Positions 39,873 through 53,310 of a stretch of DNA of 64,000 nucleotides are shown piece after piece. A program made the translations under genes and the position numbers. The notes under the pieces were generated by a model, which saw only the letters and a list, made by a program, of their open reading frames with translations, was not told the DNA's origin and did no database searches. Position 1 is the first letter of the stretch. Every line of letters begins with the position of its first letter. This DNA is from Batkoa obscura (taxonomy: Eukaryota). The stretch covers positions 496,001 through 560,000 of the forward strand of contig JASVEC010000012.1 of the NCBI GenBank assembly GCA_030770535.1, read 5' to 3'.

Positions 39873-40610
39873 ATGAAATACGGTTATATTGAAAGTAAGT
39901 ATTCATATATTAAACTAATTTTTTTAAAACAAAATAGTAAATCCATTTATTTTGTAGGGATCAATGATCGAGGTTATGATCTCATCTGTCCATTAATTTT
40001 ATCCAAAATCAGCTTAAGCACCTGTGGTCACTCCACCTTTGTGTTTATAGGAAAACAATATAGTTTAATTAAGAAACTGAAACAACTTCAAGACCTTAAA
40101 ATTGAATTATTTGATCCTACCCAATTATCCGGGGAATATAATTTATGTATTGAATATCGAAGGGAATATAATTTATTTTTTTGTAATACCGAATTGATAA
40201 TAAGACCTACCTTAGAGTTGGATCGTGGGAAAGAAGCTAGTCATCCAGTGATTGAAAGAGCATTTCAATTTAAATTAAAAAACAAATGGTTCTTACCGAA
40301 AACAGCAACTATTAAAAACATAGTTGATTTATTAATTAATAAATTGGAAACTAATTTAACTTACCAACCAGTAAGTATCTATCAAGTAGGTAGGATTCGA
40401 TTGAATCAACAGGCTTGGATTGAATTGAATCTTAATAGAAATCAAAGAATTATTCAAGATAATTTGGATAGGATTCCAAGTTACTCTGCTTCTGAATTTG
40501 AGTTTCAGTTCCCACCAGAATATTACGAGGATGAGGAAGGAAGCTATCCATTACCTAGGTATTCTACTAATGGGTCAAATAGATATGCCAGGAATGCTAT
40601 TATTATTTAA
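39873..40610 (+). CDS. Hypothetical protein with C-terminal PY-type motifs
   Basis: 245-codon ORF, probably containing an in-frame ~63-nt intron (GTAAGT near 39895 to TTTTGTAG); IPSY, PPEY, LPRY near the C-terminus. Confidence 0.75.
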   Translation: MKYGYIESKYSYIKLIFLKQNSKSIYFVGINDRGYDLICPLILSKISLSTCGHSTFVFIGKQYSLIKKLKQLQDLKIELFDPTQLSGEYNLCIEYRREYNLFFCNTELIIRPTLELDRGKEASHPVIERAFQFKLKNKWFLPKTATIKNIVDLLINKLETNLTYQPVSIYQVGRIRLNQQAWIELNLNRNQRIIQDNLDRIPSYSASEFEFQFPPEYYEDEEGSYPLPRYSTNGSNRYARNAIII

Positions 40611-40974
40611 ATAAATTTGATTGAATGTTTTTTTTACTTGAAAGGCTTTTTTAAATATTATGTTGAAGGAATCAAGGTCTCATGGGGTTTATTATTGAAA
40701 GTCCAAAATTAGTAAAAAAAATTAATTGCTGATATAAGAAATGTAGTGAATATAAGAGGGAAATAGTAGAAGTGTTTATTTTTTTGAGCTGAAATCAAAT
40801 CAAATGTTTAAAAATCACATTGAATTGTTAATTCTTTTAAGCATGAAATTTGATTATTTGTTAGTTTACATTATTTGAAGTTGAAAATGGAATTTTAGAG
40901 TCATCTTTTTTATATCTAAATAAATTTAAATTCAAACCACACAACAACTTAAATAAACAATATAATAATCAAAA

Positions 40975-42060
40975 ATGTCTTCTAGCTTAGCCATCAATAT
41001 CATGGTCAATACTATGATAGATATGTTATATGATAAACATTATAAACTCGATTTGGGTAACAAGCCCATTCTATTTCAACGATGTTTTAATTCTACTTTA
41101 ACTTACCAACCAAGTAAATTTTATTTTCCAATAAGTAAGTGAATTATCTCTAGAATTATAGAAATTAAATAATATAATAAAAATAAATTAATAATTAATA
41201 AAACTAATAACTAATAATATTGTTTTTTTATTTTATCATTACTCACCCAAAACAGTTAGTAACATCACCCAACTTTCTTGGTTATCTAATCCCTTTGTTG
41301 ATATGGATAGTAAGATTTTATTAACTAAAAAAAGTGAACGATTTTTAGATAATTTATTAAATTCGGATACTATCTTACCTGTTATGATTTGGTTAAAGTA
41401 AGTTTATTTTTTAAATAATGGAAATTTATGAAAAATGATAAAAATGATAATATTAATTTTATTTTTAGTACACAAGAAGGATTAAATGAGAAAGAGAAAG
41501 AGATTTATAAGAATTTAGTTTTTTTGAGATACTATTTTATTACTGAAATTGAGCAATCAATAGTTGATTTGAAGGTAAGATTAAGTTGAAAGAAGAATTA
41601 CTAGTTTTAATTTGTAAAAATATTAAATTAATATTTAACTAATATATAGACATCACCTTATAAAGAATGGTTTACTTCTCAAGAAAAACAAATTATTTAT
41701 AATCAAAGTTTATATTTTAAAAATTTAAAATATATTAATGAAGATAGGTAATTTAATTTATTTTCTATTAATACTAATATTGAAGTTTATTTTTTAGTAT
41801 TCATCTTTTAACGAATCAATTAAATTTAAAATGTGAATTGAAAAGGAAAGAATATTTGAATTATTGTTTAAAGTAAGTGAAAAGTAGAAGAATGGAATTT
41901 ATTGATTAATTGTGTTTATTTTATATTTTATATTTTATATTAAATTTAGATATGATCCTTACGATTATAAAATTATCGGTAAACATTTATCCACTTCTAT
42001 TTTATTAATAATGGAATTATCACAATTAAATTTATTTGATTTAGTAAGTTATCTAGTTTT

Positions 42061-42106
<46 letters not shown>

Positions 42107-44940
42107 TAATATAATATAATATAATGATTAATTTTATCTTTATTTTTATAGATTTCCATGAATTTAATTTATATAAAAGAATATATTAATTATATTCCAA
42201 CCAATTGGTATTCGATTGAATTAATGGATAGTTTTATTATGAGTTTTAATTATTTTATGAAATCAAAAGATATAAAATCATCTGAAATTATTATATTGTT
42301 ATATTGTTATTATATGAGGAGAATAAGTAAGTGAAGTAATTTAATCTTATAAATATAATTATAAGATGTTATATAGAGTACTAATTATTATTATCATTAT
42401 TATTATTATTATTATAGATACTAAATTGGATAGTTATAAACCCCAAATAACAAATATATTATCTCAAATGGAATCTTATTTAAATGAACTATTTTTAAGT
42501 GAAAATAAGAATTTAAAAGATATTAAAGATATTAATCAAGAATTAATTATTATTTATACAGTATTAAAAAGAATGAATGGTAATTTTATTTAATAAGATA
42601 ATAATAAGATAGTAATATTTATTTATTTATTATTTATTTTAGGTTATTTAAATGATAATAATAGTTCAATATTAATTCAGAATTTATTATTAAAATTATT
42701 AAATTCAAATTATTTAGTAAAATGGTAAATACGATATATTTTATAATAATAATATTTTATAATTTTATAATTTTATAATTTTATTAGTGCCAATTATGAA
42801 CATTTACAATATCAAATAGACATTAGTAATAATAATAAAATACCATTAAAAGAAGATATAATAACCCTCTCAGATGTTATTAATAATCTCATTATCAGTC
42901 TTAAAAGAACAGATTTCATTGATTTAAGTAAAATAATTAATCAATTAATACAAAAACAAGAAATATTAAAATTATATAATAAATGTGAAACAATAGACAA
43001 TGAACAATCAAAATTATTATTTGAATTAATTCATTATTTAAGTTTATCAATATTTGTTAATGATTTCGATTCAATTATCAAACAAGAAAATAAAAAGGAG
43101 AAAGTAGGGATGAAGTTAATAGTAGATAAAAAAAGAGTTAATAATCCTTATTATTGGGCAATATTTTTAAATAATGAAGATAATAATAATAATAATAATA
43201 AATGGGAAATTATTGTTTATTCAGCTATATTATTTACATATAAAAAAATACATCAATCTATTAATTTTAAATTAAAATTGGAATTACAAACTATATTTGA
43301 ATCGAAGATACAATTATGGATGAATTTCAATCAATATTTTAAACAATGGTTATTTTGTTTTAATTTTATTTTGGATGAAAAAGAATTGAATATGTTCTTA
43401 TTATTTAATCAGGTGAATTATGAAAGAGATGAAAAGTTATTATTGTTTATTGTAGATAATTTAATTACTTATTTTTTAAAAATGATACCTAATAGCACTG
43501 AAGAGGTAAGCTTATAAAAGTAATAATAATAATATTGTTTTAATTTAATTCTATTTGTATTATTTTAGAATGCATTTTCCCATTTTAAAGAAATCAAAAC
43601 GGATTTAATATTAAGTTATATTCCAAAGATAGCTAAAATCATTAGTCAATTAATATTGAAATTAGATCAATTTAATCAAAATCAAAAATTTAAACTATTC
43701 TTTTTAGATAGGTAAAATATTCTATTCTATTCTATTCTATTCTATTATTTTATTTTTATTTTATTTTATTTTATTTATTTATTGTTTTTTAGATATTATA
43801 ATTTTAGTATTGAATTTTATCAACGATGGGATGTTTATTTTGAAGGTAAAATAAAATATAGAATATTATAAAATAACTTTACTAATTACTCTTATTAGCA
43901 CACGATAATTTACTAATAATGAAAGATCCAAGCTATTTAGCTAGTATCAAACATTTAAAAAATATTCTATTTTTATTAGTCTTCCTTAATCTTCAATTTT
44001 ATCCTAATCAAAATAATCTTATTCAACATGTACCAACAATTAAGGAATTTGAATATTTATATTTAATTTATCAAAATTTAAATTTTATATTACATATTCA
44101 ATCTCCTAAATTAAGATATGAAAATTATTTATTAAATCAACAACAATTATTTAATTGGTTGAAATTAATTAATAAATCAAATAAAAGAAAAGAAAATAAT
44201 ATTGTAGATAAAATGATAATATTATTAAAAAAGAATCAAAAAAATCAAATTAATAATTTAATTCAACAAGGGAAATTAAATTATTTAATTTATTTTTTAG
44301 AAAATATGATGGAAGAGATGAGTTTATTACAAATTAAAAATTATCTAATGTTAATTCAACCTTATCTATTATCCTCTAACAATTGGCTAATTATGAATTG
44401 TTATCATCAAGCTCATGAATCAATATTAGCTTTTTTAAAAATTCAACAAAAAGATATTATAATTCCATTTGTATTTTGGTATCAAAAAGTTATTATGGAG
44501 GTAAATAATTGTGTTTATTATTTTATTTTTTATAATACAAAATTAATTAATTTTATATTTAGCAATATCCTAAAAATTTAACATATAATCAATTTAAAAT
44601 GATTTATCTACAATTAATTGATAGTTTATTAAATCAAAAAAATATATCTCAACGTACTATTTTCAATCTTATTAGTAAACTTCAAGATAAAATTCAACAT
44701 TCAGATGTTCCACTTAAATTCAATTATTTTCAATGTTATATTGAAATTTATTCCAAAGTACCATTAATTTATTTGAACAATTATTTTCAATTTTTTAAAC
44801 AATGGTATTTTCAATTTCAATCAAATTTCAAACAACAAAGTTTAAAATTATTATTACAATCTTTTAATTCTATGGAGTTAGATTTATCCCATAGGGATCC
44901 ATTATTAAATTTTTATTTATGTTTAATAAATAAAAAATAA
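40975..44940 (+). CDS. Large helical protein with PEX8-like C-terminal half (multi-exon)
   Basis: Spliced frame of roughly 1000 aa; LDRYYNFSIEFYQRW, YQNLNFI, IQPYL, AHESILAFL, YPKNLTYNQFKMIY resemble fungal Pex8 motifs in order. The gene is secure, the family call less so. Confidence 0.55.
42063..42125 (+). repeat. Intronic (TAA)n then (TAATA)n microsatellite
   Basis: About 14 TAA units followed by TAATA units; source of the spurious poly-Ile ORF. Confidence 0.9.
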
Positions 44941-44974
44941 ATTCAATTTAGTATTAGTATTAATATTAGTAATG

Positions 44975-45020
<46 letters not shown>
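44975..45020. repeat. Perfect 46-bp (AAT)n(ATT)n palindrome
   Basis: 44975-44997 is the exact reverse complement of 44998-45020. Confidence 0.9.
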
Positions 45021-45050
45021 ACTTTTTGTTTTATATTATAATTTTTTATT

Positions 45051-46965
45051 TTAAAGATTAAAATTGTTTTTTAATATCTCAACAAAAGTAAATACTTCAG
45101 TAAATCTATTAATTAATGGAAAAGGTGCAATTCGAATACAATTTGGTTCTCTCTGATCACATACTACACCATTCATTAACAACTTATCAAATGTATTTTT
45201 AAACTCAATCTCTTCTTTAAATATTAAAGATAATTGACAACCTCTTTCATTTTCTGGAGTAATTACTTTAATTACTTCATTTAATCCATTCAAGTTCATT
45301 AATTGATTTAAATATTCTACTAATAAACTTTGTTTTTTTAAGTAAGAAGAGAACTCAATAGAATTAAATATTTTTAAACTTGAAAGTAAAGAAACACAAG
45401 ATAATACACTTGGATTACTATGTCTAAAACTAAAAGCACCTTGAATTAACTGCATTTCATTGGTCATATTAAATCGAGTAGTTAAGTCATGAGACCACCA
45501 ACCAGTTAATCTAATAATATTAAATTTACATTAACAAAATGATTAATAAATTTAATATAAAATTAAAATTAAAATTAAAACTAAATATTAATATATCCAC
45601 CTTGAAAATTTACCTTTTAAATTGACTATCTGTTGCATATTTTTGATTTACATATAAACCACCAATATTACCTGGTCCACTACTTAAATATTTATATGTA
45701 CACCAACAAGCAAAATCCACATTCCATTGACTTAATTCAAGCTTGATATTACCGACAGCATGGGCAAGGTCGAAGCCAACTAAACAACCCTAAAGAATTG
45801 AGAAATTAAAAAATTAAAAAATTATTCATTAAGCCTTTCTAACAATATTATATATTCACTCTATTTCATATCAAATAAATTTACTTATCTCTTTCCAACA
45901 AGTTTACCTTTTCATGTCCTTTTTGAGTAATTTTTTCCATATTCAATTTCTGTCCAGTATAATATTGGACTCCTGGAAGTAATACAATTGCAATACTCTC
46001 CCCTTCTTTTTCAATAATATCATAAATATCTTCCATTCTTAATGTTTCTTCACCTTCTCTAGGTTTGACTAAAATTAACCCATTTTCAATGTTTTTGAGA
46101 TTTAATTGAGATTCCACAGCGTACTAAATAAGAGAATAAAAAGATTAATACAGGAATGGAGGTATTATTATTATTATTGATTAATTGTTAGTTAGATTAA
46201 ATAGGGACTTACATGATCTGATGGGAATGCTTTATGTTCAATTAATATTTTATATCGTTTATTATCTGGTTTATAAAAAGCAGTTAATAAGAAATGTAAG
46301 TTACTAGTTAACGTGGCCATCAAAACTACTTCAGAAGAATCAGCACCTAGTTAATGTTATTGATTAATATTGATGTTGTTAAATTTATTAATTAATATTA
46401 GTGTTATTATTTGTATTGAATTATATAAAACTATTATAATATTAAAATTAAAGTTCGATTACTACTTACCCACCAATTTAGCCATCAAGGGTGTAATTTC
46501 TTCATCAATAGTCACCCAGGGTCGAGAATAATCATGTTGATGATGACCTAAAACACCTCTTTAAAAGAAAAAAGAATATTATTAATATTATTAATATTAT
46601 TATTAACTATTTTTAATAAAACTTACTTTTTAGCCCAAACTTCCAATTCTTGATCAACGAGAGTTTTCAAATGTTTAGGTTGTAAACCTAAAGAGTTGGA
46701 ACAAAAATAGATACACTCATTGTTTGGATTAACTAATAAATTTTAATTAATGTTAGATTCATGTAGTTGATTGATATTTCTAGTTAATAAAATTTTACTC
46801 TTCTTTACCTTCTTCATTTAATTTAACATCCAAATCTTGATTTTTAGGTATAATAAATTGCTCACGTAAATGAGCTAACTCATCCAAATCATCTAACTTT
46901 TTTGCAAATTCAATACTAGTAAAAGATAGATTCTGTTCTTTGCTAACTTGTTGTAAATATTCCAT
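45051..46965 (-). CDS. BNA5: Kynureninase (multi-exon)
   Basis: [94 protein letters not shown]. Confidence 0.97.
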
Positions 46966-47764
46966 GGTTGAATATAATGATTTTTATATTTTATGAAATG
47001 GAAGTTGAAAACTTCAGACAAAAATAAGGTTGAAATCAAAGTTTCTTAGATGACGTTGATTGATTCAATTGTTCTTGAATGAATTTCAAATAAAAGCGAA
47101 AACTTGTTTTTTTGAGATTTCATGATCAGCTTGTAAAGTTTACTAAGTTAGAAGCATTAAGGTAATGTCGAAAAATTAATAATAATGTCCAAAATTTCAA
47201 TATCTAAGATACAAAACATTGACAAAAACATTTTCAATATTGTTAAAGTCATCGAAAAAGCACTCACTATTAATGAAGACACTGTAAGCTTAAATATCAC
47301 TAAAATCTAAATAATCATTGTCAAGTTTCCTTATTAAAATTTTTATTCTATACTAATTTACAAATTCAATCTCTATAATTAATTAAATAAAGATTAGATT
47401 TTATTAAAAACTTACTATGAGAACTCATTTCTTTTAAAATATTAATTTATAAATATTCTAAAAAGATTAATTGCTATTATAATTTCTTACAATATTAGAA
47501 CATCTATGTGGATTTATCAATGAGTATTATCACAACTTTAATTACTACTTTTAATCAAAGATAAATAAGGATATGAGTTCTTAATAGAAAGTAGTATTAT
47601 TAAATGAATAACTTTTAACATTCAATAGGCGAAGATACTTATTAAATAACAATTTTAAGAAAAAAAAAGGTTCGATAATACAGATCATAACATTATTTTT
47701 GTTTTTATTTTTTTAAAATTTACAATTAATTAATTAACTATTGATCATACTTAACTTTCCATTT

Positions 47765-47862
47765 GGGGATGTATTTTTTTGTTTAAAATTTTACTAACAA
47801 TCTTTCCGCTCAAATAGCGCTTAAAAAATGGAAAAAATATTGAAGCCAAAAAAAACACCCCC
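47765..47862 (+). mobile_element. MITE copy H
   Basis: GGGGATGTATTTTTTG...CCAAAAAAAACACCCCC with perfect ATTT/ATTT duplication (47761-47764, 47863-47866). Confidence 0.92.
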
Positions 47863-47919
47863 ATTTCTTCTGCCATCTTTTATCACTCACTACCATAAGT
47901 CCTCTTCTTTCTTTCCTAT

Positions 47920-48324
47920 TTAAACCTTCGATTTACCAACCCCTCTTGCCAGTTTCCACTGCTTCCATTTTTCCCTCAATTTAACTAACAATCCACCTCT
48001 TCCACCTCGAACCTTTAAAAAATACAAATTAAAATTTTTTCTTATTAAATAAGCAATCAACATAAAATCCATATCCTTCCCCTTCTTACTATCTTCTTTT
48101 AAATCTTGTAAGATTAATTGAATTAATAAATTAAGCTCGATAGATTTTAATTGATCAAGCTCAACAGTAGAGAGGATTTGGGGGATATAATCGAGGATGG
48201 TGGTGGTGAGGGTAGAAGGTGAAGGGGAGTGAATATGTGGGGTGCTGGGATAATGAAAGTGAAATAGATTTCGAGTATACAGATTAAAATCAATCACTGA
48301 AGAGGGACGAGAGTTATTCATCAT
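47920..48324 (-). CDS. Hypothetical 134-aa protein with basic C-terminus
   Basis: ATG-initiated single-exon ORF, GC-richer than flanks; no recognised domain. Confidence 0.55.
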   Translation of the reverse strand: MMNNSRPSSVIDFNLYTRNLFHFHYPSTPHIHSPSPSTLTTTILDYIPQILSTVELDQLKSIELNLLIQLILQDLKEDSKKGKDMDFMLIAYLIRKNFNLYFLKVRGGRGGLLVKLREKWKQWKLARGVGKSKV

Positions 48325-49009
48325 TAATTAGATAAGTAGTTAATCTTATGATTATTTTAAATTAATAATAATAAGAGGTAAGGATTAGTATTTATAGTAT
48401 TATTCATGATTTTATGAATTTATTGTTCATGTTAGGGTTAGTTATTTTTAAATGCAATTGTTATCATTTTATTGTTTGTTATCAAATTATTATATTAAAA
48501 ATAGCTTATAGGGATTGATAATATGATTTACTTTTTTTTATATTTAGTTTTTGATTTTTTATTGATATCAATAACTAATTTCTAAATTTCAACAATAGAA
48601 ATCATAATTATTATTAATACAATTAAAACAAAATGAAACTTTTTTAATAGTTAGTTTTTTCATTTGAAGCTTGAACAAAACTATTTTTATTAAATTCTTA
48701 AATTCTTTAAATAAATACAACTACAAATTAAAAAATTTCATTCTTTATAATACAGTAATTACATTTCATTAAAAACCAAATTACTTTCTCCTTAACAATA
48801 AAACACTTGAAAGCCTCCCCCTCTGGCTTCTTCAAGATTTTCCATAAAAAAAATCAAATTACCCAAATATTTGCTTTTAAATCGAAAAGCCACAAAAAAA
48901 CAAAAACGTAATAAACTAATTTAATTAGGCATATAAAAAAGCTTTTATTGCATTCCAGAAAATAAGAGCAAACTGTTAAAAAAATAAAGATAAATTGGCT
49001 TAAACAAAT

Positions 49010-51529
49010 TTAAGACATAGTAGCTTCACTAATATTTTCTCCACTACTATTATTTTCACCACCTAACAAAGGTAATTCACTAACATCCCCTTGAGATTTA
49101 CTTTGACTACTATCACTATTACCTCGACTCATTTTGTTAAATGGAGTTGATCCTTTAGCATATTTTAAGCCACATGGATTACATAAAGTAGATGGTCCAT
49201 TAGGTCCACGACGCCATTCAGTAGTACTAGTACGATTACAACTCATACATGTTTTCACTTTTTTATTCCCATTCTTTTTCTAAATAAAATAAAATATCAA
49301 TTAATATTACGCTATTATTGTCGTATTGTTATAAAAAATTACCTTTTTATTTCTAGAAATGGGATCTAAAGCATTAATTTGTTCTTTAAGTTTACGATTC
49401 TTAATTTTAAGTTGATGTAATTCGTATTGCCAACTTGATTTACTATTATTTTCATCAAATCTAAAGATATCATCCATATCATGGAATGGGTTACTGATAA
49501 GTGTTTCTACTTTATAATCCACATTCAATTCGTTAGGTGGTGTATTTAACTCTAAGTTCATACGTAAAAGTATAAAGTTTGTCTTATCTTTGGAATCAAT
49601 TGGATTGGTTTCATTCCCTGGGAAGAAAGAAGAAGAAGTAGCTATTAAATTACCACGTTTATTTTGAAGATGATGATTAAATCTAGCTGAATTTCCACTT
49701 GCTGCTTGTTCCAATACACTGGTTAAAGTATAAGAACGATCCGCTGGTAATAATTGATATAAGGTAGTACCAATAATTTCTTGTTGTTCATAACCAAGGA
49801 GAACATTTAAGTTAGAAGAAGCATGTAAAATAATACCATCATTAGATAATTTGAAGAATAAATCATTATCACCAACATCACCACCAGTTTCAATTAAGGC
49901 ACCACTTGATAATTGGAACATTTGACGTATTCTACCTGTAAGTACAATACATCTACGTCCTTTACCAAGGTCACCATGAAGCTTACCAGAAGATTCTAAC
50001 CAAGAGTATTCAGTTTCATCTTTCACTTTAAATCGGAAAGTTAAGTTAATGGAATTTTCATTATTACCAATTTCCTTTAACTCTCTTAAAGTTGGTACTA
50101 AATCTCCTGGATGACAGATTTTAGCCAAATTTTGACCAATTAAATCTTCTGATGCATACCCTAATAAATTTTTAGAAGAGGGTGAAGCATAAAGGAAAGT
50201 GCCTTTTAATGATAATACATAGATAAAATCATCACACTTATCAAGCATATATTTAATCCATTCTCTATAATTAGCTTCTGAATGATTATTATCTTGATTA
50301 GTATTATCATCAAAAATAGAAGCTAAATTTTCATAAGGGATGGAATTGGGCAATTCATTAAAGTTTTTATGCTCACCTAATAAAATCAAAATTAATTAAA
50401 AATCAAATGAATATTATCTCATTCTTACTTGAAATTGTTTTAGTAAACGTAGGTTTACCATAATTGATAGAAAACGCACTATTTTTTAAATTGTTTATAA
50501 TAGCATTTGGTTGATCAACTAAATCAACTTGTAACCCAACAAAAAAATTAACAGATCCACCTTCAACAATTGGAATAATAGTAACTAAATTAAAGAAAGC
50601 TTGTCCATTCTTTTTATAATTGACTAAACTAGCTTGATGTTCTTGTACAGCCATAATCTTATTTTTAAACATAAAAATAGAATTATTATCAGAAAATTTA
50701 CGGCGTGACCCTTCAGTAACTCGACCATCAGGTGCTTGTAAAAATCTGCAATTACGTCCAACACATTCATTAGGTGTATATCCTGTCAATGTTTCAAAGG
50801 TTGGACTAGCATATACAATTGGAAAATCATATTGTCTAGCATCTACCAAAAGGAAAGCACAGCTAAGATCAATGGGGCCAATATTTACAATGGGATTAGG
50901 ACGATTGGCAATATATACTAAGATATTTAATAAATCGAACCCAGTTGAAGAATAGATCCCAGTGGTTTGATTATTAGTTAATTTTGGTGCTTTTAATACA
51001 CTTACACTAGGTGAAGATAATTGAGTTTGTTGGGGGATTCCTTGTGGTAAGGTTTGTTGTGGTGCTTGAGGTTGAGGTTGAGGTTGATAAGGTAATTGAA
51101 GGTTATTTGGGTTTAAATTTGGTTGTTGTAATGGCATAGGAGTTGCATTTGTAGAACCAAATGTAACGCTATTATTGAATAATTGCATATCTGTTGGTTG
51201 AGGCTGTGGATAAGGATTTTGAAATAAATCATTGCTGTTTGGCATTTGATTGATATAAGTTTTTGGTGGTTGATTAAAGAGGGCAGAGTGCATATTACTA
51301 CCCTTCATTCCGATATTGAAAAGCATTTCTGGGGTAAAATCATTTGGATTTTCATTTACTCTATAATAAAGTTATTATAATATTAAAATATTATAAAAGT
51401 ATATTACTCAGATGGAAATTGGTTCATTAAAAATGGGTTAAATAAGGTGAGGGAAGGGTCTTGATACGCTTCACTGTTATTATTATCGTCTTCATTTACA
51501 TATAAATTTTGATTATAAAAGTTCTCCAT
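49010..51529 (-). CDS. wc-1: White collar-1 blue-light photoreceptor/transcription factor (LOV, two PAS, GATA finger; 4 exons)
   Basis: GIYSSTGFDLL, LOV GRNCRFLQ and NYKKNGQAF, PAS YVLSLKGTFLYASPS and CHPGDLVPTLRELK, SSWQYELHQL, CMSCNRTSTTEWRRGPNGPSTLCNPCGLKY. Confidence 0.96.
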
Positions 51530-53310
51530 GATTTTCAAAAATTTGAATGATTTAATTTATAAAAAAAAGAATAAAAAGAGAAAAAGGTAAAGGATAAAAT
51601 CAAACAATTAAAATTTATACTTCAAAATATGATTAATATGGGGAAGCATTAGTAAATAAACTTATCATTCCAACTTTTTAAAGTAAGCTTCAAAACTAGA
51701 ATGATAAAAACGGTCCTCCTGAAACTTAGGGTCGCAACCAATCAAAGACTGAAATGAGTTAGCAATTGACCAATTATTTTACTTCGATCTATAAAGTTTC
51801 GATTCAATTGGTACTTTAAGATCCATCTCCTTAACATAAAATTTAAGGTCTTGAATCATGATTATCTAATTACTGAATTAAAAATTGGATCGACGTTTTA
51901 AGCTGATTGGTTTGCTTAAACTTTAAAGTTTTTTTGGGCAAAATTTGAGGTTCCTTCTTTACTTAAAAATTGTATTTTTGACATCTTATTCTATTATAGA
52001 AACATGAGCTTTTTAATTCTTGGTCTGCTTTTATTTTACACATAAAAATAGAATGGCTTAGCTCCCCTCAAACAAAAAGTTGTTTAAAATCTTTAAACCT
52101 TAAGTTTTAGCTAAATTCTAGTTATTGTAACTCTCCCCTTTTTTTAAAAATCCTACTGGCTTGGCATTCCGGCTATTCTATATTTGGTCAAAGTTAACTT
52201 GATTGGTTGATTCTATATTAATTGTCTTTTTTACACTTGGATAAACTTAAAATGCCGATTCAAATTAAAGTTGCAAACTAAGCTAGAATTTACAATTTTT
52301 GAGACCAATTTCAAAACTACACAAATCTGAGATAAATTTTATAGATCTTATAAAATTCAAATATTAGAAATTTAGAGACTGCTTTATTTTAAATGGCTTT
52401 ATTTACTATTTATTGTTTGTTTTATTTAAAACTGTTCTTTTAATATTCAGTGTCATCTTAAAATTAATAACGCAATAAACCTACTGTAATGCATAACTAT
52501 ATTAATTTTTAATTTTAAACTTTATTTATATTTGAACTTAGTGATTAAAGTTAAACTATGGTTTTTAGCTTATGATAGTAAATATTCTGTTATATAAATT
52601 TATTTAAAATATAAGAGCTTATAAATAATAAAGCTTGTTTTTAATAAGACAAACATTAAAAATTGATGATCGATAGCTAAAAGGATTAAATACAAATATA
52701 CATTTACGACTAAGTTCAAACAATATTACGATAGTTATATTATTTAATTATTAAAAACCTAAGAGGCCAAAAGCAGCAAAGATCTTTTAACCAAGGGCTC
52801 ACCTGGCCCCATTTCCCTAGTTTACGATTATAATACGTCTTTTTTTTTACTCTTTATCCTTTTCTTACCTACTTTATCGAATTTTGAATTTGTGATTCAA
52901 TATAATAAATACAGCTATGGCTGTATTGTCTTAGTACGTACTTTTGAAAAAAAACATTTGTAATAAAACAAAAGATTAAAGCTGAAACTTATTTTCAATA
53001 GAAACTTCCCTTTAACCTACATAATTATTAACCAGAAATTTTACATCAATAAATAAAATTGGGACACAATATTGATATTTTTCCTAATATTGTTAAAAAT
53101 ACAACTTTACTATTATTATACTACCGTTTTTGTTTATTCCTTTCACAATTTGCAAAACGCATACCTTATTCTTTAGAAGATTCATCCCTTGAATTTGTTA
53201 CAACAAATTAAAATGTGTACCTTTATTCTAATCATTGATTTTATCAGAAGTTTAAGATTTTAAAAAAAGTTATAAAAATGTGAGCTAACTTTTTTTCAAA
53301 TTTAAAAAAT

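Noticed and set aside
41912..42420. Poly-isoleucine ORFs
   Set aside because: Read-through into intronic (TAA)n/(ATT)n microsatellites.
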